A stretch of DNA of 64,000 bases from the human T2T-CHM13v2.0 reference genome, Homo sapiens: the NCBI RefSeq assembly GCF_009914755.1, contig NC_060931.1; one strand, written 5' to 3'. Both the position numbers and the translations under genes were made by a program. The notes beneath the pieces are model-generated. The model had not been told where the DNA came from, made no database searches, and was given only the letters and a program-made list of their open reading frames with translations. Below are positions 10,377-23,543 of the stretch, one piece after another. Positions within the stretch are counted from its first letter, which is position 1. Each line of letters starts with the position of its first letter.

Positions 10377-12464
10377 TTTCTCTTCAAATTAAGGACAATG
10401 TCAAATTAATTCTTGTTCTCTAGCTTCTAATACAGTATTTGACTCAGCCTCCCTACCAGCCACTTGACTTTGCTAATTACTTATGTTGTAATCATTTGAT
10501 AGTAATTTGAATTATTCTTTTTTTTTTGAGATGTCTTTGTATTCCTTGAAAGAAAGTTATTGTTTGTTATATATCAAAAATTTTTAGCAATCTTTAGGGT
10601 CTTTTTTCTCTGAAAACTCAAGTTTATTTTTGTCTTTTTATCAAATACTTTTATAGATTTAGGAAATAACTTATTCTAGTTTAATAAATTATACTTGGCC
10701 CGTTATTGTTACTCCCTAATCTTTCTTTGTTTCTGATGGGGAGAAAGGATCCTTTTAGATTCTTTTTAAGTCACTCTGATTTCATTCTGGAAAGAATAAG
10801 ACAACATACATCAAATCCTTTTGAGAATATTCAACATGAGATAGTTTTCTTTTAAGTCTGACAGTGGCAGGCCATAATACTACTGAATAAATTCTTACCA
10901 AACTGAAGCTTCTGGGCTCAGTTTCAATGTTTTATTTAGTATTATTCTCACCAGCTTTCTTCTGACAGGGCTCAATGAAGATGTTAGTTAATATTCTTGC
11001 ACATTGCATTTGGATGGGTTTGCTCTTTTTGGTACTGACTCTGTTACGGTTTTCACAATGACACACACTTCTGTTGGTTTATTACTAACCATAGTTGTTA
11101 TTGAAGAGAACCTCTCTTTCGGCCTCAGTGATGTAGTAAACGGTAATTTTGCAATCCTTACAAATTCACCCTTATACAATGTATGGTACATTTCTGAACA
11201 TGGTAATTTTTAAGTGCTTTCAACTTGCAAAGTAGCAAATTGATACACAGGGGATTTCCGACAGCTTCTTCTCCAGACTGAATGTCACTCATGGGATTGT
11301 GATTCCATGTGAAATAAGGCAACATTGGCCGGAGGAGCTGCCATCTGGACTTTGACGACGAAGGCATCATTTACACAGGGCTGGCATTCAGAGTCAGGGT
11401 CACAAAGCAGCTCTTTCCAGGAGCAAAATGAAGTTGTCAAGCAAGTATTTGCTCTGACTCTGCCAGGCACCATTCAGATATGACAAACTTGCCTTCCTCT
11501 TTTTATTACAGCTTACTAATTCTGGAGAAAGATGGAAATTTTTTTTTTTAATGCGTGCTCTTCCAAAGGTCAAAACAATTTTAAACAAGGGCAGGCACAG
11601 TCCTGCAATAAAAATTCAGCAATCTAGTTGTGCAATAAGTCCGTGTAGGGGCTGAGGGAAGTGTCATGTTTACCTCTCTGGAAAGGGCACTGTAATCAAA
11701 AGACTGATGGCAAGAGGAGCTTTGAATTTGTTGTTCTATTTCTCCCACATCTGCATGAAATTGTGTCTTTGAAACTATATATTATGGAGATGAGTGATAC
11801 TGGAGAGAAACACATGCTCTGAAGTAAACAGAAAAATACAGCAGCATAATAAAATGCTTTGCCCACTTTTACAGCCTCTGTGGTGGCCATGAAATAGGAG
11901 ATGCCAACTGATGGGGATGTGAGTGGAGCTGTTTGAGGGGTGGATTTTTCCCCATTACTACACATAGATGCTTGCATCTTTCCCTAACTGTGTATTTCCT
12001 TAGGTGGGTAATGACAGTCAGTGGAAAAGCCAGTGCCTGCTGTTCAAACACAGTGTGGAAAAAATGAAATTGAAAACAGTGGTGATGAGATCCAGTTCTC
12101 CAATATTCCTCTCCTAGACAGACTAAAACCTTTCTTCTCCCGCAGCGTTAGCGCTCACTCTGGTCCTCTCAGCTGCAAAGCAGATGGATTTCTTTGAGAA
12201 GTGGTCAGAATTTCCTTGATTCAGGAGCTGGACCTCACGCCCTCCTCTAGGGCTCCATCATCACCACACAGGCACACGGCCACACCTGAGTCCCATACAC
12301 AGAGAAGGGTGGTCATGGACAAAAGAAACAGTGGACAAAGTTTTGTGTATGACAATTCCTGGTGGCTCCAATAGCAGGATGGATGGATTTGGGCTATTAA
12401 CAGAGGTCCAAAATCCCAAAAAGTGACCACATGTAGATGAGACAGTCATGACTTTTATGTGCAT

Positions 12465-12926
12465 TTGAATTGGGCTTGAGATACCTAAGTGGGGATGCCT
12501 AATCGACAGTTGGATATGTAAGTCTGAGTCTCAGAGGAAAGAGCTGATTTAAACGTACAAATGAGTGAGTCCTGTGTCTACTGAAGGCCTGAATATGGAT
12601 GAGACAGCACAGAAAGCAGAAGAAGAGGGAGCATAGAAAGACGGGACTTGGAAAGTGCCAACTTTTTCATTGTTTGAGTTAAAAAAAAAAAAGTTAAGAC
12701 TAACAGAAATAGCAACCAGAGAAGTAGGAGAAATCAGGACCAGCTCTCGGGACATAGGTTAAGTGTAAAGACTGTTCCAAGACAAAGGAATGACAGGGAC
12801 AATATTGAGCATCAAATGCTGCTGAGAGGTCTGGTAAAATAAAAAATGCAAAGATCTATTGGATATAATGAAATGGAAGGAGGAGTAGACCTTAACAAAG
12901 ACCATTTTCATGTGATGATTGGAGTT

Positions 12927-12964
<38 letters not shown>

Positions 12965-13250
12965 CCAAGTAAGATAGATTATCAGTCTTAGATGCCAGTG
13001 GGAGGAATCCTAAGAGAAATAAAGAATAAATAATAATGTACATCTCCTGAGAAGATGGAGAAAGGGTAGAACCCTACCATAAGACCAGGAAGTGGCCAGA
13101 GGTAGGAGGAAAAACTGCTGTAAGAGACAGGAGAAGAAGGTATTCCTACAGACAGAATGGTGAGGCATTTCTCTCTGATATCCTGTATTTTTCCATGAAT
13201 TTAAAAATGAGATCAGTTGTTGAAGAATGAAAAGGAAGTTCCTGAGAGCA
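12465..13250 (-). mobile_element. L2 fragment
   Basis: Typical L2 motifs: cagttggatatgtaagtctgagtctcagagga, agagaagtaggagaaatcagg, tcaaatgctgctgagaggtc. Confidence 0.75.
12929..12962. repeat. (GT)17 microsatellite
   Basis: Read directly from the sequence. Confidence 0.97.
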
Positions 13251-13761
13251 TAGACACAAATAGATACATGTGTTTTGTTGAAAGGCCAAAGAGTGAAACC
13301 ATTGGAATTGAGTATATGTAGCACCACCAAATGCAGAAATCTATTAAATTGTTAAGAATATGGAACTGGAGTTCACAGGAGGGAGAGAGAGAGTGGGACT
13401 AGACTTATGTGGCATTAGCATTACCAAAGGTGTGTATTGTAGTCATGGGACTGAATTCATGAAGTCATTTAATATATACTGAATTATTATGAATCCTAGT
13501 AGCTGCAGAGAATATATACTGAGTTATTGTTATGAACCTTTGTAGCTGCAAAGATAAAGTGAGATGGCTTCCACCCCCTGAGTAGTCGTCGGTCTAGAAA
13601 GAAGCTGACATTTACACAGGAAATAGGCAGTGTGACCGAGGCTCCAATAAGCAGGACAAGGTTTTATAAATGTTTGTAAGAAAATGCACCTCTCTTTGCT
13701 AGAAGAATAGAATAGTTAGAATAGGAAAACAATGTTTGTATCTATACATAAAGAAAAAGCA

Positions 13762-14072
<311 letters not shown>

Positions 14073-15854
14073 CAGTGGCAAACTTGATGAAGAAATGAGA
14101 AGAATATTTCTGTTACCGAGAAGAGGTGTGAATAATGTTGTTACAATATATGCAATGTAAAGAAAATAGACATGTGGCAATATAATCCAATTAGGTCACT
14201 TCTGAAAACATAATCAGAAAAAAAAATCATAGAATCATGAAATAATAAAGCCAGAAACAGAGATCATCAAAGTCCATGCCCCATGTTAGACAGCAGGAAA
14301 GAGCCTGAGGAAGAAATGGAACGTTATGATCATAATGGAGGTGGAATAGAGTCCAGATCTCCTGGCTCCAATTTCAGTGATCACCTCACTCACTGATCTC
14401 TATTTCACAGCCACTCTTGCACTGGCTGGAATATGCAGGATCTGTAATATCCTTGGGAAGGAACAGAATTCTCTGGGGTCCACTGTCAAATAGTGGACAT
14501 CTGAATCAGCTGCTTCAGGTGAGGTGGTGCTCAGCCCCCTGCCTCTGTCCACAGATAGAGAACAGAGTTACTTTGTGAGCCTCTAGGCTGTCAACATTCC
14601 CCTTGCAGATCTGTAGGATTTATGCTATGCTGGAGACATAACTGCCGACCTAATGGGACCAGAGTGGAGGTAGGAAGGCTTCCGAGTCTCTCTTTGTAAA
14701 GCCTGTGACTACGAGCCAGGCTTTAACAGAATCCCTGCTTTACTCCCTTTTTGTGGGTTATGCCATGTACCTCTATAGTCTCCCAAGAATCTGTCAAGAT
14801 ATCAGCTTTTATTACGCATTACCCTAAACCTAAAGAAGACAATAAGTGGATTTCCCAGAAATGAAAGTGCATAGAACCTAGAAATCCTTATATGTGAATT
14901 TTCTTGTGAATAAAAAGTATAATAGAAAAACAATTTGGTTTGACAAATATATACAGAAATCTTTTGTTTGTGTGTATGTGTGTTTATTTAAGATTTGCCT
15001 GCTTTTGTAAATGTAATCAGCTACATACAATTTTTAAATTTCTCACTTCCGTAAAATTGTCTTTCCTTGGGTCATGATTCTGAACACTGATATAACTGTA
15101 CAGCATGACAGATAGGGTAGGTGTAGAAAATTGTACTGAATTGTCATTGAGTGTTGGCTATACCAGGGTCTCCCAGAACATAGAAAGCCTGGTGCTAGTT
15201 AGAAAATGGGCTCCTCTTCTCTGCAGGCCAATTAGTTTCAGCCAGCCTCATGAGCTGACTGCATACTGAAGTCAGCCCCGAATCCTGCCCTCCCAAATCA
15301 ACCTGCACTACCATATCTTAAGAGTAGACTGTCAAAACAAGTCCCTGGTTTACTCTTTTTTTTGAGTCAGTGTAAGACACAAGTAGATTATTGAGCTTCC
15401 TGAAAAGATAGATTCAGAGTAATTAAAATTTGATTTTAATGCTGCTAAGAAAAGAATAGGGATGTGATATAAAGTTATGACACAAGGAATACAAATAAGA
15501 TTATCACTTATGGATGATGGCTGTTTGAAAGATAAGCCCAATTATGAACACCAATACAGATTCTGCAAATGTATGTTCAGAGATGGTTATATAAGTGGCA
15601 TAATTGCTGTACCTTTTACATAGAAAAATTGCAGCTATTCTTTAATCAACTGACACTGTGAGAAACTGATTAGGTGTGATGAAGTTGCCTCAGGTGAAAT
15701 CCAATTTCAACTGATAGACTGAGGCATAAAGAAAGGAAAAAATACACCGAAACACCAGAATTCAAAATGTGCGCATGATTTTTAAAATTTATTTTCTCTT
15801 TTTTCTTTTTTTAAAAATGTGTTTAGATATGAAAAAAGAAATAGAATAATGACT

Positions 15855-16280
15855 TGGATTCGTGCATCTGAAAAATGTTTATTAACCACCTAACTATGGA
15901 CAGGTGCTATTTATCAGAAACCAAAACAACAGCTCAACTCTACTGGATCATAAACTTTAGTGGGAGGGGACAAAATAAACAATAAACAAAACAGTATCTA
16001 ATATTAGAGGTGGATAAATGCAAATAGATAAATAAAGTAGGATAAGGGTTATGGAGTGAAGGAAAGATGCTCTTTGGAGGTTATTAAGTGAAAGCCAGCC
16101 TAACAAAATGGCATTCGAAGAACATCTAAGGAAGGAGGATGAAAGGTCCTTGAGGATATTAAGGAAAGAGAATTTCAGGTGGCAAAAATAGTCCCTGCCA
16201 AGCCCTAAAGTGGGAATGTGCTTGGGTGTTTAAGGAGCAGCAAGATGGCAGACCGGCTGGAACAGCGTGAGCAAAAGCCT
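15855..16280 (-). mobile_element. L2 3' fragment
   Basis: aaatgtttattaaccacctaactatggacaggtgct...gggaatgtgcttgggtgtttaaggagcagcaagatggcag. Confidence 0.75.
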
Positions 16281-17103
16281 TGAACAATGAAAGAGGTCAG
16301 TGATAAATAAGGAATTCATTCTTCACAGAAAATGGGGCGATGCATCCAGGCAGGTTATAAAGATTAAGAGTTGAAATCAGAGAGGCAGGTGGTTTTGATG
16401 TTTTGAGATTTGCTCCCTAATAGGCATCTTAATCAAATTATTCATCCAGAGTTGCAAAGCAGCAATAACCAAAAACATATCTGAATATTGAGTAATTTGT
16501 CACATTCATTACAATCAAACTGATATCATTTGCCTCGCCAGAAAAAAAAAAAATGACTAATTGACATAATGTGAAGAGCTTTGAAGAATTGCATTTAATA
16601 CCAGCAGGTTAATCAAAAGGCTAACGAAACAAGTTTTAGTTAAATACATACAAGGAAAAATGTATTCTGTGTCTTTCCTGCTGTTGTCAGGAAAAAAAGA
16701 ATAAGGGCAAATTTTAGTGATTTCACTGTTTATATGTGTCCCTTTTACCCACTTGAAAAATCTGCCACTTATTATTGTTATTGAATTTTCTGTCATCTTA
16801 CTGCTCTTCTGTGAGATTGGAGGACTTTGAATTTGTGCCACTTTTATTAACTGCTTGTGCCATCGAGAAAGGCTTTAGCATCTTAGTTTCCTGGGAGGAA
16901 GACCGGGTAATGGATGAATAATGTGTGACTCTGCCAGTTTGACGTGTTATAAACAAAAAAGGATTTGTGCCCCCACTAAATAGCAGGCTTGATATGAGAC
17001 CTCAGGTTTTGAGCTGCATAAGCAGCGTCTTGCTCTGCTGTTGAAGAATGGATGCATTTTTCAGATAGTAAGTAACACATGACTGTCTGGAGAGTAACAA
17101 GTA

Positions 17104-17183
17104 TTGGGTTGGTGCAAAAGTAATTGCAGTTTTTGATGTTACTTTCAATGGTAAAAACCGCAGTTACTTTTGCACTGACCTAA
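17104..17183. mobile_element. MADE1 MITE (Hsmar1-derived), 80 bp
   Basis: TTGGGTTGGTGCAAAAGTAATTGCAGTTTTTG...AAAAACCGCAGTTACTTTTGCACTGACCTAA: ~37-bp inverted repeats around a ~6-bp spacer; TA TSDs at 17102-17103 and 17184-17185. Confidence 0.95.
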
Positions 17184-18222
17184 TAGGGTTAAAGGTCAAG
17201 GCTCAGTATTTTAATGTCATCAATTTTATTTTCTTTCTTAATGTGTTAAATAGTAGAGAAGAAGAGGCCAGTTCAGAAAGTCTCAATATTAAGGCTTATT
17301 TGTCTCCCTTGTCCTTTTCTGGACTCTCCTGGTCGTGTCTTCATCAAATTGGGTTAAGAAACCAAACTCAGCTTGAGATATTCTCCAAGGCAATGTTTAT
17401 GTGGAGTTGGTTCAGGCCCCAGCACGTTGGGAAGAAGTAGTAAATATCATAATAGTGATTGTAGTTATTGATCAGTATTGGTCCAATCATCAGAGCTTTG
17501 ATCTTTCCTTCTTTGTCAATTTCTTTTACTTTTGACTACAGATTCATTCAGAACTCCACCCCCCGCCACCCCGCCCCATCTTGCAGAAGCCACACTTTCT
17601 CCTTCATCACCCTTTGGCTGGTCTGTCTCTCTCTCCTTATGTTCAGAAGGCTTTTCTGTTTTGATCATTCACGTTTGCTTTCTTATATCACCTTAACCTC
17701 TTAAAGCTTGATCACCTGAAACATGAGTCTGCCGCTCAGATGATTCTAATCCTCAAATCTGATGATGTCGGCCAACCTTTACCCTTGGAACACTGGAACA
17801 TTTACCTTTCTGAAACACTCACCGCTCGTTTACCTGCTAGAAGCTGGAGTACAGAATCAGTGTCCAGGTGGAACTCCCAGTCTGTAGGGAAGATGAGCAC
17901 ATAAAGTAACTGCAACACAATACATGAATCAGAGGAAGAAATGCAATAACTAAGTTCTGCATGAACTGTGGCTTAACACAAATAGGGAACAAATACTAGT
18001 GGCTGTGGGAAATGAGAATGAAAGCAGATTTCAGAGAAGTAACATTCTTCAAATCACGTTGCCTAGACCCTTCCCATTTTGTAGCTGCTTTCCTAAATTC
18101 TTTCTTCCTCTCCTGTTGCTGCAGCACCCTAAGAGGTGGGGCCTTAGCTAGCCATGTGCCCCATTCCACAGACTGTCCCATGCTCAGGCATCAGTTGTCA
18201 CTGTGGATGACTCACAGAATTA

Positions 18223-18618
<396 letters not shown>

Positions 18619-18624
18619 CTATGT

Positions 18625-18809
18625 CAGAGGGCTTCTCAACCAGGGTGCTACTGGCATTTGAGGTGTGACATTTATTGTGCAGAACTATCTAACACATTGT
18701 AAGACATTCAGCTTTCATGGGACCTGAGGCACTACATATCAGTGGCACCTTACACATGTTTCCGAATCATACCTGAGGAGGTAGTGCCAGCCCCAGTTGA
18801 GACCCACTG
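18625..18809. mobile_element. MER20-like hAT-Charlie element
   Basis: cagagggcttctcaacc...ttgagacccactg termini; internal cattgtaagacattcagc. Confidence 0.65.
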
Positions 18810-19223
18810 GCACATCAAATTCACCCTCTATAAAATTAAACTGAAAAAGTGTTCATTTCCCCCAAAATTAACACTCTCCTACTGACATTTCTTTCAAAAT
18901 GTTCAGATTTGCGTAATCGTGAAACCAAGCATTTACCACTAGCTGATCCATCAGGTCAACACATCCTACTAATGTCCTTTTATAGTATGTTTTCCCTCTG
19001 TCTGTTAGGCAGAATGTCACATCCATGATACTCCAAGTCTTTATCACCTAATTTGTAGAATAGTTCCTCTATTTACTGTTGCCTTTCCTTTATGTCACAT
19101 TGTATAATAAAATATCACCTTGACCATGCCTCTCCCTTGCTTTAAAACCTACAGTAACAGACTTCGACTATACAATTAAGGCCAAATAGATACAACAAAA
19201 GTGCTCCCCCATAAACATTTTTA

Positions 19224-19537
<314 letters not shown>

Positions 19538-21717
19538 ATTTTTAAAATCCTTTTAAATGTATGATTGAGCATGCAAGAAATTGAGGAAGATCCTTGAGGC
19601 CTAAAATGAAGAAAAATCATGAACCAAGGTTATAAATGAATGCCAAAGCCAGAAGCTGACCTAAAGGCTTCTGTCAGTTCCATGCAACCAGCAGCTTTTC
19701 TTTCAGTGGCTATATGAGGAAGAAGGGTCCATGCCAAGTAATAAATTATATCAAATATCCCTATATGGAAAACAAAATCCAGGGGGTTAGACTCTCAATG
19801 AAAAACAAAACTGAAAATGGAAAAATCCACTCTACAAAAGAAGATAATGTAAAAATTTTGATTATCTGAACTTTAGCTCAGAGTACAAAGAAGAAATTAT
19901 CCCTTGAAGCTATGTAATAGAAAGCCAGTTCTGATGCATGTTTACAGCCTAACTTCACAGCATTTGAATGGTTGGAGAAAACTCAAGCTGAAAATATATT
20001 TTAAAGAGGTCCCAGATTGGTAATGTCTCCATGTATCTGAGAAAAGCAAATGCAGATGATCTGAGAGAGACATACCTTCTACTGAACCTCACAGGATTCT
20101 CACAGACATATTTCCAAGAAACATGATCTCAAAAGAAAAAATAATCACCAAATGTATGGGGAAACAAGATACTGTAATTGTGAATCAATAGAGATAACTA
20201 ATAGCATTTTCAGTCCTACAGAATCTTCAGGTATTGAAATTATTGGATTGAAAAAAATTTTTAAAGAGAAAAGTGGATATACTATTAAAAATAATGGGTA
20301 ACATTTGAAAAAGAACCAAATAAACATTACAGGAATAAAAACATAATAGATAAAATTAAAAGCTTAATGTTAGAGATAAATAGCAGTTTCTACCCAGCTA
20401 AAGTAGGAACAATGAAATTAAAAATAGATTCTGAAGAAATTTCCCAGAAATCTGCCCAGTGAGAGTTGTCAAATATGAAAAATAAAATATTAAAAGCAAG
20501 GAGATTAGATCACAACCAATCAATACATCTCTAATTGGAGTTGTGAAAGAAGAGATAAGAGTGGTGAGGCCTTATTTTGGTGAATGATGGCTAAAAATTG
20601 ACCAGAACCAAAAAAACATGCAAATTAAGATTCAGATTAAGGCATCATAGTGGATGTAAGCCAGAATGAAAGCAATCCCCAGCTAGACAGAAATTACAGA
20701 TTATTTACAAAAGAATTGAAATTAAACTGACCATTGACTTCTTGACAATGGAACCCTGAAGAAACAAACTACTGTGAGAAAATAACCATTGACCTTGAAT
20801 ATGCCACCCAGAAAAAAACACATATATAAAGTCTAAATAAAGACTTTTTAGGACAAAATGATAACATACTACCCTCTGACCCTAGAGAAAAAAAGATCTC
20901 ATAAGAATAGTCTGAGATAGAAAAAAGAGGGAACAAAGAAAATAGTAAAATGTCAGTAAATCTATGCAAACATTGACAATATTGAGCAATAAACTTTAAT
21001 TTGTGATATTTAAGGAAAACAAGATGAAGCTAAAAAATAGATGAAATACCTTATATGTAAGGAACAGAAACAAGCTATAAAATTGCTGTATTGTTTAGGA
21101 AGAGAATAAATATACTATGTTGAGACACTGTTAAGTTAAATATGAAATTTAAACTTTCTAGGGTATCTACTAAAAGAATGATATTTAAGAGAATGCAAAA
21201 TTCTAAACCAGTAGAAAATATATGGAATGAAGAAAAACTATCAATTCAGAAGGAAGAAAAAATACTTAAACATTAGTAACAATAAAAAGCAAACAAGAGA
21301 GAAAAAAAGGTACAAATATTTGGAAATAAGTCCAAGTCAGTTATCACAATAAATAGACTAGACTCTCCAGTTAAAAGATAATTTTAGACAATTAAAAAGA
21401 AAAACTATGTGCTGTACACAAGAGATATTAAAAACATTAAGGACACCACAAAGTCTGAAAGAAAGATGATAGAAAACAAGGCCAGGAGATTACAAATTCC
21501 AAAAAGCTATTGTGAGCCTATTGATACGAATGCAAATGAAAGAGAAAAAAAAATTACAATTCAGAGCATTACAATAGCATAAAAATTTCCAAATTACTGA
21601 AAATACCTAATGCTAAACTTGGGAAGATTGAAAGATATAGTATTATAGAAGAAGCTTTTAATATTGATGTCTCAGTAATTATAGGTCAGAAGCCTTTAAA
21701 AATCATTAAGTGTACAG

Positions 21718-21862
21718 AGCAGCAGTATCCAAAAGAACTTTCTGAGGTGATCAAAATATTTTCTGTACAATATGGTAGCCATTAGCACATATAGCTAGTG
21801 AGACTGAAAAACTAAATTTTAAATAGCTGCGTGTGGCTATTGGTTACCTACTGGGCAACCCA
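21718..21862. mobile_element. MER3-like hAT-Charlie element (internally deleted)
   Basis: tccaaaagaactttctgaggtgat...caatatggtagccattagcacat...gtgactgaaaaactaaattttaaatagctgcgtgtggctattggttacc. Confidence 0.7.
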
Positions 21863-22134
21863 GATAGGATTAAATAGCATAATTAATAACTGTGAGTCAA
21901 TGCACACATAGTACTATTAGAAAATAAATATTTTTTCAAGCACATGTAAAATGTTTTTGAATATTGACCACAGACTCGATTCTTTAAAATAAATCTCAAC
22001 AAATTTCAGGTTATTGGTATCATAAATCCTGTTTTCTATGACCAATTAAATTTTAAAAATCAGCTAAAAAGACACTTTTACAAAAAAAGCTTAAAGCAAA
22101 ACATATAATTAGACATTTTAAAAATACTTCTAAA

Positions 22135-22243
22135 TAATCCCTGCACTGTGGGAGACTGAGGCGGGCAAATCACGAGGTCAGGAATTCAAGACCAGCCTGA
22201 CCAATGTGGTGAAACCCCGTCTCTACTAAAAATAATAATAATC
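22135..22243 (+). mobile_element. Truncated Alu left-arm fragment
   Basis: taatccctgcactgtgggagactgaggcgggc...gaaaccccgtctctactaaaaat. Confidence 0.85.
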
Positions 22244-22404
22244 AAAATTAGTGCATATTATCAAATAATGATGACAGCATAATTCAAAACTTGAGGGATA
22301 TTCCTAAAGTGGTATTTTGATAGAATTTATAGTCTTATGTGTATAGTAAAAGCTTAGAAAGGCTGAAAATTATTGATCCAAGCATCCATCTTAAGATATT
22401 AGAC

Positions 22405-23115
22405 AAAGAAGGGAATTCTTGTACACTTTTGGTGGGGATGTAAATTAGGACGACCATTATGAGAAACAGCATAGAAGTTCCTCAAAAAATAAAAATAGAA
22501 CTCCCATATGATCCAGCCATCTCTCTACCTGCTATGTATTTTTTAAAACTGAAATCAGTATGTGAAAGAGGTATCTGCATTCCCATGTTCATTGCAGCAT
22601 TATTGATAGTAGCCCAGATGTGGAATCAACCCAAGCGTCCATGAATGGATGAATGGATAAAGAGAAAGCAGGATTTAAACACAGTGATTTCTGGAACACA
22701 GATGAACATAGAATACATTATGTTGAGTGAAATGAGCTAGGCACAGAAAGACAAATACCACATCATCTCACTTATATATGGAATTTTTAAAAGTTGCACT
22801 CATAGAATTAGAGAGTTGAATGGTGGTTACCAGAGGCTAGGGAATGGGAGGTTGCAGAGTTGTTGATCAAAGGATATAAAATTTTAGTTAGATAGGAGGA
22901 ATAAGTTCAAGAGATCTATTGTACAACATGATCATTATAGTTAATACAGTGCATTGCATTTTGAATATTGCTGAGAGTACACAAAAAATGATAAGTACGT
23001 GAGGTAATGCGTATGTTCATTAGCTCCACTGAGCCATTTCACAGTGCATACATATTTCAAAACATCATGTTGTATGTGTTAAATGTATTTAATTTTTATA
23101 GATCAATTAAAAACT
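22405..23115 (+). mobile_element. L1MA 3' end (end of ORF2 plus 3'UTR)
   Basis: ORF 22459-22644 (KIELPYDPAISL...PMFIAALLIVAQMWNQPK) is an L1 ORF2 C-terminus; L1MA-type 3'UTR gttagataggaggaataagttcaagagatctattgtacaacatg. Confidence 0.88.
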
Positions 23116-23234
23116 ATTTTTTTAAAAAAGAATAGACTAAAGGATTATAGGATATATCCAAAGGAAGTAGAACAAATGAAATGCATGTAAAAGCAGGAAT
23201 AAATGAACAAGAAAATCAACCATACAGTAGGTAA

Positions 23235-23543
<309 letters not shown>

